A stretch of DNA of 64,000 bases. Origin: Dictyostelium discoideum (Eukaryota). The position numbers and the translations under genes are program-made. The notes beneath the pieces were generated by a model. The model did no database searches, had not been told where the DNA came from, and saw nothing but the letters and a program-made list of their open reading frames with translations. The stretch lies in the NCBI GenBank assembly GCA_000004695.1, contig CM000155.2, forward strand, positions 2,432,001 through 2,496,000, given 5' to 3'. Below are positions 15,550 to 29,260 of the stretch, one piece after another; position 1 is the first letter of the stretch; each line of letters begins with the position of its first letter.

Positions 15550-15915
15550 TACTAAGAATGATTTAAGTCTTACAGGATTCAAATAATCAGATAATGTAAC
15601 ATTTTTTGAATAATAAGCAGAAAGGATACCTGGTAAACCTGTACCACTACCTAATTCTAAAACTGTTTTATCTGTAAATGCATCTTGATTCTTATAAACC
15701 CATCTTGATAAAATAATTGCTGCATCCCATGTAGAACAACCAATACCACCTTCAATGATTGACATTTCCCTTAAGAAGATCTCCTTTTCCCATTCTCTTT
15801 CTTTTTTATCATATTTACCGAATCCAACAGTTCTTCTTTTATAATGATTGGCTCCTAATGCATATTCTTTCCAATCAATACCTAAATTACCCATTTTTTC
15901 TCTTCCGTTTAACAT
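14845..15915 (-). CDS. Methyltransf_16-family (METTL21/EEF2KMT-like) protein-lysine methyltransferase, about 274 aa. Three exons: 15574..15915, 15163..15468 and 14845..15021.
   Basis: Exon 1 contains CSTWDAAIILSRWVYKNQDAFTDKTVLELGSGTGLPGILSAYY (SAM motif I) and ends CCT|GTAAGA. Exon 2 (LVENLKYNIELNAKQQ ... YDIIFGSELTYS ... EILSDDRD) ends GAT|GTAATT. Intron 2 contains a (GAAATTA)x7 repeat. Exon 3 runs to TAA. Confidence 0.75.
15047..15104. repeat. (GAAATTA)x7 heptanucleotide tandem repeat, intronic in the methyltransferase gene.
   Basis: The sequence AAATTAGAAATTAGAAATTAG... is seen directly. Confidence 0.8.
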
Positions 15916-16064
15916 TTTTTACTTTAGTTTTTTAATTGTTTGTAAACAATTTTAATTAAAAAAAAAATAAAATAAAAAAAAAAATTAAAAAAAAAAAATA
16001 TCGTTTTTTTGAAAAATAAAAATAAAAAAAAAAAAAATAAAAAATGAAAAAACGAAATTTATTT

Positions 16065-17662
16065 TTATCTTTTTTCAATCAGAACTGATGATTGTAAATT
16101 ATCATCAAATACATTAAAATTATAATGATTTTTAACAGCTGTTATTTTAAAATTTAATAAAATATTTGAAATTGCAATATAAATCTCATCACTTGAAAAA
16201 TTACAAGAGTTGCTTTTAAAAAAGAAAAAAAAAAAGTTAGTATTTGGTTGATAATTTTTTTTTTCTTTTTTTTTATTACTTACAAATTAATTGATTGGTT
16301 ATTATAATTTAAAAATCTTTTTGGATTAAAATTAAATGGATCATTAAAATATTTTTCATTTAAATTCATTGACTTATGATTTATAATTATTTGGGAATCT
16401 TTTGGAATAAAATAACCATTTACCAAACTATCTTTTTTACAAGTAATTGGTGACGATAATTGATCCACTGGATTTAACCTTAAAACTTCTTTACAAATAG
16501 AATTTGTAATGGGTGTATATGATTTATCAGATAGTTTTATAATATTTTCCCCAACACCATTATATAAAAGTTTTGTATTAATAACGGATTTCAATTCATT
16601 AAAAGCTAAATATTGATAGTCTTGATCTTGTGCAATTAATACAAAAAAATTTTCAATAACTTTTGATATACTTTCGGATTTATTTAAAATATAGTCTGTA
16701 CATTTATAAACTACTTGTTTTTTAATTTTTTCTTTTGTTTCAAAACTATTTTCTTTATAAATAATAATATCCATAAAATCTTTTAAACTAATTTAAATTA
16801 AAGTATAAATTGTAAATAATATTATTTATTATTAAATTATAAAAAAAAAAAAAATCAACTAACCTTTGATCAATATTTGATATATGGTAATAAAATTGAT
16901 TTTCAATAAAATTAGTTATTGAATTTAAATCACTAGAATTTGACTTTTCTTTATTCTTATTAATTTCATTCACCAATTTCATTATTTTTTTTATTTCTTT
17001 ATAATTTTCATTCTTTAAATCAATATTAAATAATAATTTAAAGATAATGGAAAATGAAAAAATTGAACATAATAATTTTGGTTCAAACTGTAATAAATAG
17101 TTGTTAATAATAATTTCCGTAAACTAATAATAATAATATTATTATATTATAAAAATTACCTCTTTATTGTTTTTTATACTACAATTCATTGACTGAATTA
17201 AATTAATTGTACTTTCATTAAAAACCAAATTTATTAAATTTGATTTTAAATTTAAAATAAAAATATCTCTTTTAATATATTTAGGTTTTTCTTTTATAGT
17301 TTTTTTCATTTCTTTTTCAATTAAAGGATCACTAATTATTACTGTAAATACTTCACCTATCCAAACTCTAAAAATTCCTTTTTTAAAATAATTTTCTAAT
17401 TTGTGAAAATATAAAATTTTATTTTTACCAATTTGTAAATTATTTCCAAAGAATGGTATAGGAAAACTTGGACCATCTAATTCATTTTTAAATTTTGGTC
17501 TATACAATATATACTTATTATTTAAAAAAAAATATTAAAAATTTGATTAATTCTTTTTTTTTTTTTTTTTTTTTATAAACAATTTTCAATAATAATTACA
17601 CATTTAATAAAAAATTGAAACATTAATATTGAAATAAATATAAAAACAAAAGTTTCAATCAT
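16065..17662 (-). CDS. Cytochrome P450-like gene, divergent and possibly a pseudogene. Putative exons: 17600..17662 (TM anchor), 17160..17513, 16864..17123, 16284..16787 and 16065..16212.
   Basis: P450 landmarks occur in canonical order. The anchor is MIETFVFIFISILMFQFFIKC. The Pro-rich hinge is LDGPSFPIPFFGNNLQIG. ExxR is present as EVLRLNPV, and PERF as FNPKRF. The C-terminal AISNILLNFKI resembles the L-helix. The I-helix AGxDTT and the haem loop FxxGxRxCxG are both degenerate; the loop reads NFNSCNFSS. The gap between putative exons 2 and 3 is only about 36 nt and would otherwise give an in-frame TAA. Confidence 0.5.
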
Positions 17663-18059
17663 TTTTCTCTATAAAAAAATTTTAGTTAATTTATATGATA
17701 ATATTTCTTTTAATAATAGTTAGTTTAAAAAAATAAAAAAAAAAAAAAAACTTTTATAATTAATTATTTTATTTTTTTTATTTATTTTATTTTTATTTTT
17801 AAAGATTAATATCTTGGTTAAATTTTCCTAATAACATTTTTTTTTCAATTTCAATGGAATGTTTTATTACTACGGGTCAAATAGTTATTTATCTACTAAA
17901 TCTTTATTTTATGTGTGGTTAATTTTTTTTTTTTTTTTTTAATAAAATTCAGAACCACAATTTAAAAAAAAAAATTTTAAAATTTTTTTTTTTTTATGTC
18001 TATTTTCTTAATAATATTTATTTATTTATTTATTTATTTTTTATTTTTTAAAAAAAAAA

Positions 18060-19353
18060 TTAAGAAATATTATTATTGTTATTGCATGAGAGATATAATG
18101 AATAGATTCTATCACATTGCTTTAGGTGTTCTATTGTTTCAACTACGCAATTTTTCATAGAACATGACCTTTTATTTAAGTTGGGATATTCTTCACCATT
18201 CAAAAATGCACATTTATTTGAAACATAACAAAAATTTCTAGATTTTTCACTTTCTTTACAAAGAGGAGTCATTATTAAATCTTTTGTAACACATCTATTT
18301 GTTGAACCATCACAAATTTCATCATCATACAAGCAACCATCGTATCTACAATTAAAGGTTTTAGTTTCATTTCTTGGTAGACATTTAAATTCATTTAAAT
18401 TTGGTTTCACTTGTTTACACTAAAATAAAATTATTATTATTATTTAAATTAAAATTAGTTGTTTGTAAATAAAAATTATTAAAATATTAAAATTTTAAAA
18501 AAAATAATTACAACTAAAGATTTTGAAATATCGCATTGATCATTTGGTGTAGAATCATGACCAAAACAAGTTTGACCCCTTTGTAAACTATACTTTTCAA
18601 TACACTTACCACCTGCACAAACAGTACTTAATGGACATTCAAAATTAAACGAACAAGTGGAACCAATGGTTTTAACTGGAACACATCTTGCATTTGGACA
18701 TCCGTTCTGACTGTAGTTTAAACCACAAATTGAAATTGCATTACAATAAAATTCACTTGGACAATCATATTTATCTATACATTCTTGTGTAGTATTTGTG
18801 CATATTGAATCTTGGCATTTTAATGACCCAACACATTGGTGATTAAATTCACACGGCTTATAGATTATTAAATAAATAAAATAACCTTATATAATGTTAG
18901 AGTACTAATTTTTTAAATAAATAAATATTATTATAAATAATTGTTTTATAAAAAACAAAAACATACCTCACCATAATAAGAAAATTTATAATCAATACAA
19001 TATTGTTCTTTATCATTTCCACTTGGAGAAAAACAACTTAATCCTTGTTTACAATCACTATTAAAAATACAAGGTTCTCCTAGACTTTTTCTATTTTTGC
19101 AAACATAAACTAAATCATCATCACTATCAGAATCTTGCAATTGATCTGCCATTGTTTCATTTTGTAATTGACAAGAATGACCCATTGAACATGGTCTTTC
19201 TAAGTGTTCATCAACACATTCTTCACCTGGTCTAATACATTCTAATATTTTGGGTTTATAAAGATGAAAATCATTTAGTAGTGGTAAATTATTTGATTTT
19301 ACCAAATTTAATAATGCAATAATAATTATTAATAGTAGAAATAATATTTTCAT
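18060..19353 (-). CDS. Secreted cysteine-rich repeat protein of about 363 aa with a signal peptide. Three exons: about 18967..19353, 18512..18856 and 18060..18419.
   Basis: It starts MKILFLLLIIIIALLNLVKS (signal peptide). This is followed by repeated CxxxxC / CxDxxDC units, for example ECIRPGEECVDEHLERPC, PCEFNHQCVGSLKCQDSIC and GCPNARCVPVKTIGSTCSFNFEC. The donors are GAG|GTATGT and GTT|GTAATT, and the acceptors are TCTATAAG and TTTTATTTTAG, all phase 0. The track's 'M' at 18410 is GTG. Confidence 0.65.
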
Positions 19354-20127
19354 TTTTTTTTTTTTTTTTTTTTGAATACAATTTTTTTATATTTATTTAT
19401 TTAATTAATTTTTTGTTGTTGTTGCTTTTTTAAAATAATTTATTAAAACCAAATATTGGCATTATATATTTATATATATATATAATATAATATATGGTTA
19501 TAAAAAAAAAAAAAAATTAAAAAAAAAATAAAAAAAAAAATAAATAAATTAAAATTATAAAAAAATTATATAAATAATTAAACAACATAACCTACAATTA
19601 TTTGCTGATTATTTTTAAACAGAAACCTATTAAAAAAAAAAAAAGAAACAATACAAAACTAAACATCGCATTACTAAACAATTTAAAATAAACACCACAA
19701 TACACACATATTTTACTTATTATTTTTTTATTTATTTACAAATCTATAGATTAAATAAAAAAAAAAATAAAAAAAAAAAAATCAATGTTCTTTTTATTTA
19801 AATATTTATTTTTTTATTATTTTTTTTTTATGAATAAATAAATAATTGTTGTAATTATTTTTTTTTTTTTTTTTTTTTTTTGATTTTAATTTTTATCTAT
19901 CTCTATTAATATTTTTTTTTTTTATTTTAATTTATATCTTATTAATTTTTTTTAATTATTTTTTTTTTTTTTTTTTTTATAAAAAAAATATTATTATTAT
20001 TTATTTATTATTATTTATTTATTATTATTTATTATTATTTAATATTATTATAATTTTATTTATTTATTATTTATTATTATTATTTTTTTTTATTATTTAT
20101 TATTTATTATAATTATAATAATTTTAT

Positions 20128-23100
20128 TTAAAAATCATCATAATCATTACCTAATTTTACATATTCTTGAAGTTTCTTTCTGAAATTATCATAACCACTA
20201 TCTAATTGTTTTTGTAATTCAGCACCATCTTCTTTTGTGAGGGAAGCATTAAATTTCAAACCGAAATCCAAAGTTTTAGAGAATTCTTTAATGACTTCAC
20301 TAAGTTTTTGAATGTGTTCAGCATTATGATTTTGATATTGACCTTCAGCAAGGAAAGAGGAACAAATTGCCAATGGACCAGCGTTAACTTGTAAGAGTAA
20401 ACAACCTTGTAAATGAATTTGAAGGGTTTTAGTATTTGCAGGACGAGAATTTAATTCAGCCTTTAAGATGGTCACTTTCTTTTGAATCAATTCGATTGAA
20501 GCTTCGATTGGAGTTAATTCGATCTCTTCTTTCTTTACGATTGGTAATCTCTTTTTCAAGTAAGGGAAATAGTTTGGAGTGGTTAAAATGATTTTCTTTT
20601 TCCATTGTTCAGTTACGTTCTCGCTGTATTGAGTTTTACCATTCTTTGTGAAAGGAATTTCAAAGATGAATTTATTAAGATGAGTATTTTGTTGGAAAGG
20701 TGTAGTTCTCTCTTTTAATTCCTCTGGTAAGAGATAAGGATCCACTGAAATGATTTGAATGTAAATATGTTTAACATCTAAACTTGATAGATCCACTGGT
20801 TTATTATTTGGTAAGAGATGGAATTTATCTTCACCAAATTTATCACAATATTGTTTCTTTAAACGTTCGGATAAATCAGAAAGACGGACATAGTTATTCT
20901 CTTTGTAAACAAATTCTTTACCATGTAAATCTGGAATTAAATCTTGACAATAGAAAGCCACACGATAATAATTTGAAAAGATTCTTTGATTTACAACATT
21001 CTCACTAATGATTTGATTACAAAGTAAGACCAACTCTTGATAGGCATCTCTTTGTTTGGTCCAATCTTTTTGATGTTGATAAGTTGGTAATAAGAGACGA
21101 TAGGTTTCAGCTGCGGATTCAAAGTAACCAGATTTTTGAATTTGAATTGCATCCTTTAGAAGATTAATGAAACCAGTATCGGTGAAATGATCCAATTTAC
21201 AAATTTCACCTTCAACATCCTCCAACAATGATAGATCTGGTAGAGTTAATTCGTTGGCAACATTTGGTGAAACTGTAGTGAAATCGGTGGCTAATAACTC
21301 CTTTGGGAAACGATTTAATAATTTTAGATAACCACTAACCAATGCTGCTGCAATGATTGAAACTTGTGCAGCTTCTTCCATTGACTTTTGTTGTTTTAAA
21401 AATTCTTTAAAACTCTTTAACAAAGTGATACGAAGATCAGGACTTTCAATAAAGGTATTTGATAGATTATAGTATAGATCAGCTTTCATCTCTGGATCAT
21501 AGGAATGTTGCATAATCTTTACATTATTTTTAATTACACCGAATAAACGTTCTTTTAATTCATCTATTTGTTGAGCTATAGTTGGTTGAGTACGAGTAGC
21601 ACCATTTGATGATTGTTGAGAACCAATTGATGGTCTTGATGTCGATGTTGTTGTTGTTGTTGATTTAACATTACCTGATGAAACGCTTGTAGAGTATGAA
21701 GTTTTCAATAAAGAGTTATTACAATTTTGTTTAACAAACTTTGCAATTGAATCTAAACATGCATAGAGATAAGAGAATACGATTTCAACTGATTCAGTTT
21801 GAACATTCTTTTCAACAATTTCATTAAGAATTTGAGAGATTGCAACGGTTGAATGTAATTTCATACGTGAGAAATGACCCATCTCTTTCAAATTATTATA
21901 AATCATTAAATAGATTAAAGTGGTAGCATATTGTCTACTTGGTGAATGTCTACTACAACAATATTTGAAAACCAATTGAGTTAAATTTTCACAGATTGAA
22001 TTATTTTGTTTGAATAAAACATGTTTGAATTCACCAACCAATGTTGCCAATACACTAAACACAGGTTTAATTACAGAGAATGAAAGATCCTGTTTCAATA
22101 ATTGTAAAATGACACGGAATAGAATATGATCGGTATAAGCTACTGTAGTACCTTTTAAAAGATCCGATTTAAATTCTCTAATGAAAACAGTGAAAGCATT
22201 CAAAACGGTTAAAGTTACCTCTTGACAAAGATTACCATACATCATTTGAATTGTTTCTTGAGTAGTTGATCCTTGAGTGAAATCAACAGTTAAGAAAGTT
22301 ACACTACTTGCAAATGCACGTAATCCAGGATTTGGTGATTGTTGAGAATAAGCAGAACCAGTTGACTGACCTAAAACATTTGATGTATCTTTATTTACAT
22401 TTAATAGAGGTGATTGACTACCATTAATTGAATTTGAATTTGCATTTAAATTGCCAATATTTTCTTTATTATTTGAAGTTTGTGATGGTGAATTCATACT
22501 ATTTTTCATACCAGTTGAAGATGCTAATTGTTGTTCAATCATTTGTTTTGCTTTATCAGGTTTAATATTTGAAACATTTTGTTTTACACTACTTTTACTT
22601 GGTTTTTCTTTCTTTTTACCAGGTGAATCAGTATTGGCATCCAATGAAAGATTTGATTGATGAGTTTGAATTGATTTTGAACTACTTTCTAAATCGTCAT
22701 CTTTTTGATTGTATTCTTTTGCATAATCGAAAATTGATAAACAATTTGTAAGAATTTGGAAAAAGATAACATTATTTCTTGGAGTTTCTTTCTTCCACCA
22801 ATCAGAGATCGTATTGGTATTATTTAAATTCTTTACGATATAAATGAAACAAGTTAACCAAGAACGTTGTTCCTCTTGATCGAATTTACTAATGTAGGCA
22901 TCATAATGATAGACAATGATTGGAAGCAATGGGAAGAACAATGCTGCTATTCTTTCTCTCATCGCTGGTGAATTGTAGAGTGGATTTGTATCGATTTTCG
23001 ATATTATCTCACGAAGTGTATTGATTACTTTTAATCTCATCTCTTTATCACGAGCTGGTATCACTGCCGAGACCTCTTGTAACATTAAACCAATTATAAA

Positions 23101-24727
23101 ATGTTTTCTATAGAATACTTGGAATAAATCTTGAATCGATGGGAATGGTGATATTGGTGCGGGTGAATTCAATGCAATAAAAGAGTCATTTGATGCGAGT
23201 ACTCTGAAAAGACGTGATTTCAATTCGGTTAATTCCATAACGGTATTGGAACAATCTAAACCTGCAATATAATTTCTAATGATACGGAATACGAAACCAC
23301 GTGACATTATATCCAATAGATCATTGATAAAATGACCAATATTAACAATGAGTACTTTTGCAACCAATTGTTTTGCACCCTTTAATTGAACTAATAATTG
23401 ATCGAATAAAAAGCTAAATCTATTTAAAATCTCTTCACTAAATCTATTGGTACGATTACGACCTGATTTTAATTGATCACGATTTTGAATATCAGCAATC
23501 ATTGATTTCTTTATTATACCAAATAAAAACCATGAATATTGAATTGATAATAATATTAAATCATCTTGTCTTAATTGATTTGGATTTGGTATTGTTTGAG
23601 TTGTTGATGATGATGATGATGATGATGATGGTGTTGGTGTTGGTGTTGGTGGAGTTAAATTAGTAGTTGAAGAATTTTGTAATGATGATGACGATGTTGA
23701 TGATGCTGGTGGAGGTGATTGAACTATTGGTGTTGTAGTAATTGTTATAGTTGAGGATGAAGTGGTTGAAGCACTATTACCTTCTAATAATTGATTCCAA
23801 ACTTGAATAATATTATCATACAATGAAAAGGAGTGAGAATTTTCACTATTAAATACATAGGTTATATATGAAGTTAAAACATCCTCTGGTACAGAATCTA
23901 ATAGATTCAATAAGACATTAAAAGAATTTGCAGATACTTCAGCAGATAAACTTGTAATTGATTTAAATAATAAACGAATGATTGATGGGAAGAATTGAGT
24001 TTTTAAAGTATTTGGTACAGAAGGTAACTTTTTAATATTTTCATTTAAAAGTGTATGATTTGATTCAATCGATTCCTTTAAGAGATAAGCCAATGTTGGA
24101 TCTTGAGGATAAAGTGAAGAGATAACTCTAGTTTTGAAAGAGAATACCGGTTTTTTATTATCGACCCAAATCTTATGATTGATGGTATCCTTTGAATCCT
24201 TGATATCCTTTGCCTCTTGAGCTAAATAACGTGGGGGAAATACAGTGCCAACTGGTCTCTTATATTTACCATCGCAAATGATACGATCTTGTTCAAACAA
24301 TCTAACCACACTATAACCCAATGGAGTATGCATTGGATTCTCGGATTTCTTTGATTTCTTACAACCTAAATGATAAAATGTCACCAAAAGATGATGATTA
24401 GCCGTTAAATTGGATGGTAAATTAATTTTAATTTCATCAGAGAATTTTGGTTTCTTATTATGATAAACTACAGAGGTCAAGAATGAACAAGTCAATAAAG
24501 GTGTTGTACTTGTACCATGTGTATTCTTCATACCAATGGCTGTGACACTACTATCATCCTCCATCAATTTCACTTCTAAGAATATATTTCTAGCACTTCC
24601 TCTGTCACTTTTAAAATTGGTTAAATTTACACTCTTTGGATAAAAATACAAAACATTTGAAAATGTTAAATGTGGTTCTTTTGATTTTAATATTAATTCT
24701 TCATTACAACTATTATCTGTATGATGA

Positions 24728-24758
<31 letters not shown>

Positions 24759-25644
24759 TATTATTACTATTATTATGATGATAATCAATACCATTACTAC
24801 TATTATTATTTACTCCACTATTATTATTACTACTACCACCACCATTAGTATTATTACCACCACCACCACCAATTGAATTTGAGATTGAATTATTTGTAAA
24901 ATCATTTTTATCACCATCTCTATCTTTTAAAATTAAACTATCACCAGATGCGCTACAAGATATTTTTGAATTGAAATGAAGTATTTCTTTAATGATACCT
25001 TTACCATCTTGACCACTTTGAATTTGTGGTGGTAGAGTGTTTGGTATTTTAGTACGTAATAAATAATCGACTCTACCATTTACATTTTCATTATATAAAT
25101 ATTTATCATCACCAATCGATGATGAAACTTGTAAGATCTTTAAAATACATTCAAATAATGGATCTTTTGATGCTGCGCTACTACTAGATTTCTTCTCTTT
25201 ACTAACGAATGAATAGAGTTGATCAGATTTTGCTTTTATGAAATTGGTAACTCTAATTTCTGCTTCACCTTGATCGAAATTGAATTTTCTATTTTGGTCA
25301 AACAATTCCACACAACCCCAAATGAATGGTTGTTTAAATTTACCTAATCTTGAAACTCCTTCCTTCACCTCTGATTGAATCTTTGTTAATTCCTTTGCTT
25401 TTGGTGGATTAAAATAATGTTTTGTAGTTTCTTCTGGATCACCCAATATCACCTTATCAAAACAAATCACTAAATATAAATCTGAACTCTTTTCACATGA
25501 AAAAATACATTTTTGAATCTTTGTTGGTAATTGATTATCTAATGGATTAATTTGATTTAATGAATTAACTTGTGACTTTTTTTTTAAAAAAAAAAAAAAA
25601 AGAATATATATTAATAAAAATTTTAATATGATTTTTGTATTTTG

Positions 25645-25687
<43 letters not shown>

Positions 25688-26783
25688 ATAATTACATTTT
25701 TTGGTAATAAATCTAAATTTGTACCTAAATCAAAATGAAATTCTTCAGAAATAATACCAACTTCAGGTGATTTAGAATCGGAATCATCTACTTTATTTGC
25801 ATCAAATATAAACATTCTACCAAAAAATGGTTCAAAATTACCAATTTGTGGTTTAAAATCTGTACATTCTACTTTAAATTGAAATTCACTTTTTTTTTTT
25901 TTTTTTTTTTTTTTTTTATTAGTTTATATTTAATTTATATATATATACATATACATATAAATAATAATAATAATACTTACATATTTTCTAAAATTTTTTT
26001 ACCAACTTTTGGTGGATTAATAGTTGGTGATTCATCATTAATATAACAAGTTTGAAATAATGGAATTCTATTTGGAGATTTCATAAATTCAATTGATTTT
26101 TGATCAGGAGTTGGTTGAGTTGAGATTGCAATGATATCAGGATTTAAATCTTTTACAGAATCAGTTGGTGAGATTGAATCGAATTCACCATCTACTGAAT
26201 AGTTTTGAGATTGTAGTGGTTTTAAAGGTTGTGAATTCGATGGTGGTGGTAATGGATCACGAGTGACAACCGTCCAATCTTGGTTAAAGATATTCAATGA
26301 TTCTTGAACACCTTTGGGTAGTTTATCCATAATTGATGTAACCTCTGTTGGCACATTATTACCAACCAAATTTGTAACCCTTTTCTCTGTTGTCAATGAT
26401 AACAGGTCTGGTATTACTGATATCTTTAATGGGTCATTTATAATTGCTTTAGTAAAGAACGAATCTTCATAATCTTCAAATTTATATTCAATATCGATTC
26501 TACTCTTTTTTTTATCTGTATTATTACTTGATGGTGTAATTGGTGATACATTTACATTATTTGATGTATTACTTAAAATTGGTGTGCTGCCTGATGTTGG
26601 GTTATTATTATTACTATTTGGATTTGGTGAGGTTATTGGTTGTCCAAATTGTTGGCTTGCTCCAATTGGTGATTGCGACACTGACACTGAGGATGTAGAA
26701 TTATTGGTAGTAGATCCTACCATTTTTGATGTTGTTGCTGCTGATGTTGAATGACTATTGTTACTCATGGATGATGTATCCAT
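20128..26783 (-). CDS. DOCK-family Rho/Rac guanine-nucleotide exchange factor with DHR-1 (C2-like) and DHR-2 domains, about 2,120 aa. Three exons: 25981..26783, 25696..25816 and 20128..25575.
   Basis: The C-terminal DHR-2 motifs are VKHIYIQIISVDPYL, IFEIPFTKNGKT and LQGCLLLQVNAGPLAICSSFL. The DHR-1 region is RNIFLEVKLMEDDSS ... VVYHNKKPKFSDEIKINLP ... HLLVTFYHLG. The 1895-aa track ORF reads through intron 2 at 25576..25695, which is the poly-F stretch. The frame is open upstream of its 'M', and the true N-terminal exon is the 268-aa ORF 25977..26783, joined via AT|GTAAGT ... TTTTGGTAG. Confidence 0.8.
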
Positions 26784-27074
26784 ACCTATTATTTTTTAAA
26801 AAAAAAATATAAAAAAATAAAAAAATAAAAATAAAAGTAAAAAATTAATATTTTTTTTTTTTTTGTTTTTTTCTTTTTTTTTTTTTTCTTTCTTTTTTTT
26901 TTTTTTTTCTTTTTTTTTTTCTTTTTTTATTTTTTTTATATTTTTTTTTTTTCTTTTTTTTATTTTTTTTTTTTTCTTTTTTTTCTTTTTTTTATTTTTT
27001 CTTTGTAAATCTTTCTTACAAAGGAAAAATATTTTTTATAATGCTATTGTATTTTGAAAAAAAAAAAAAGAACA

Positions 27075-27106
<32 letters not shown>

Positions 27107-27346
27107 ATAAAAAAAAAGAAAAAAAAAATAAAAAAATTATAATAGGGTTATAAAAATACAAAAAAAAAAAAAAAAAACACACACACTTACACAAATAAAG
27201 GTGGTGTTATTGTTATTTTGTGATGAAAGATAATTTAATTATATCTATCTTTTTTATTATTATTATTATTATTTTTTTAATTATTAATAATAAATATATT
27301 ATTAATTTTTATTTTTTTTTTAAAATAATTTTTTTTTGAAAAATTG

Positions 27347-27378
<32 letters not shown>

Positions 27379-27733
27379 CACAACAGTTAAAAAAAAAAAA
27401 AAAAAATTTTTAATTTAAATAATTTTCAAATAAAAAAAACATTTCTTGATCAAATTGGGTGCCTATAGGCAAAAAAAAAATAAAAATAAAAATAAAAAAA
27501 AAAATAAAAAAAAAAATAAATTTTTTAAAAAATAAAAAAAAAAAGATTATGGAACCTATAACCTTTTGGATAGGGTCATATCGACTAACTAAGGTTTCAT
27601 GGTATTTAAACAAATAATAAATTAAAAAAAATAAATAAAAAATAAAAAATAAAAAAACAGAAACATTCAAAACAAAATGATTACATTTTTATACTTTTTT
27701 CCAATTATGTTAAAAAAGGTTATATTAATAACG

Positions 27734-27764
<31 letters not shown>

Positions 27765-27802
27765 TAAAATAAAAAAAAAAAAAAAAAAATTATTTTCAAA
27801 GA

Positions 27803-27844
<42 letters not shown>

Positions 27845-28016
27845 ATTTAACCCTTTTTTTTTTTTTTTTTATTTTTATATCAACATAATAATAATGATGA
27901 CTATTTCATTAAATATTTATATTTATTTATATTTGTTTTCTTTATTTTTTGTTTCATGTGTATATGCTTACAAAATTTTAACACTTGTTTGATCAAACAC
28001 CTCTGTCGATAAAACG

Positions 28017-28047
<31 letters not shown>

Positions 28048-28150
28048 CTTTTTTTTTTTTTTTCAATTTTTTTTTTTTATTTTTATTTTTTAATTAAAAA
28101 AAAAAAAATTATAAAAAAATTAATTTGGAATTTCACACATAAATAAATAA

Positions 28151-28692
28151 ATGGATGAAACAGTATATCAAATTAAAGCAATTATAGTATTGGATAATAA
28201 TGGTAAAAGATTATGTAGTTGTTTCTATGATCCACCCGGCACCCCAATAACTCCACTCACTGAAAAGGATAAATTTGAGAAATTAATATTTGAAAAGTGT
28301 AAAACATCGAATTGTAAGTAAAAATTTATAAATTAATTAATAATTTTTTTTTTTTTCCCATTTTTAATTTTTATTTTTTTTATTTTTTATACTTTTTAGG
28401 TGAATTAGAAATAATAGATAATAAAGTTGTTATTGGATCAAAACAAAGTGATGTTTGGATATTTGTTGTTGGAAATTCATTAAATTCAAATGAATTAGCA
28501 TTATTGGACGTTTTAAATACATTAATATCATTATTTAAAAAGGCATGTGCAACTGATGAATCAATTATGATAACCAAAAAAACATTTTTAGAAAATTATG
28601 CTTTAATTAGATTATATATTGATGAAATTGTTAGTGATGGGTAAATATTATTTTATTTTTATTTTTATTTTAATATTACAAATTTAAATCTA

Positions 28693-28740
<48 letters not shown>

Positions 28741-28883
28741 ATATTTACAGAATTATTTTTGAAGTAGATGAAGAAACAATTTTAAATAGAGTTCCAATTG
28801 CTGATAATGCAGCCCAATCACTTAATGAAGCAATTGAAATGGCAAAAGAAAAGGCAAAAGGATTTGGATTTGGATTCTTGTAA
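28151..28883 (+). CDS. Coatomer zeta subunit (zeta-COP), a longin-like sigma-adaptin fold protein of about 178 aa. Three exons: 28151..28313, 28400..28640 and 28751..28883.
   Basis: The join reads MDETVYQIKAIIVLDNNGKRLCSCFYDPP ... EKLIFEKCKTSN-C-ELEIIDNKVVIGSKQSDVWIFVVGNSLNSNELALLDVLNTLISLF ... RLYIDEIVSDG-GIIFEVDEETILNRVP. This resembles zeta-COP sequences ([20 protein letters not shown] ... DEIVDGGVILESD). The donors are GTAAGT and GTAAAT, and the phases are consistent. Confidence 0.8.
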
Positions 28884-29178
28884 ATAATATAAAATATAAA
28901 ATATAGATAATTTTTTTTTTTTTTTTTTCCCCAAACTTAATTATTTTTTTCCAAAAAAAAGATAGAAATTTTAAAAAGATCAATTTCCAAAGAATGTAAA
29001 TAAATAAATAAATATTAAAAATTGTATATAAAATATAATAATATATAAATATTTTTTTTTTTTTTGGTTTTTTTTTTTTTTTTTTTTTGTTTTTTTTTAT
29101 TTATTTATATTGGTAATTTAAAATAAAATCAAGTGAGGTGGTGGTGATGTGGTTAAGAAAATATTAATATATTTTTTT

Positions 29179-29209
<31 letters not shown>

Positions 29210-29260
29210 TTTCCAATGACAATTATTATATGTTATTATTATTGTTATTATTTATTTAAT

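Noticed and set aside
17124-17159. A 36-nt intron in the P450-like gene.
   Set aside because: It has a GTAATT donor and TTATTAG acceptor, but it is shorter than any plausible spliceosomal intron in this genome. It is kept only as a flag for possible pseudogenisation.
17507-17507. ORF-track start codons taken at face value.
   Set aside because: Several track 'M's are TTG or GTG. Examples are 17507 (TTG), 18410 (GTG), 42343, 54187, 60496 and 63926 (all TTG). In each case the frame is open upstream into an intron acceptor. The track evidently uses an alternative start-codon table, so these are internal exon positions, not translation starts.
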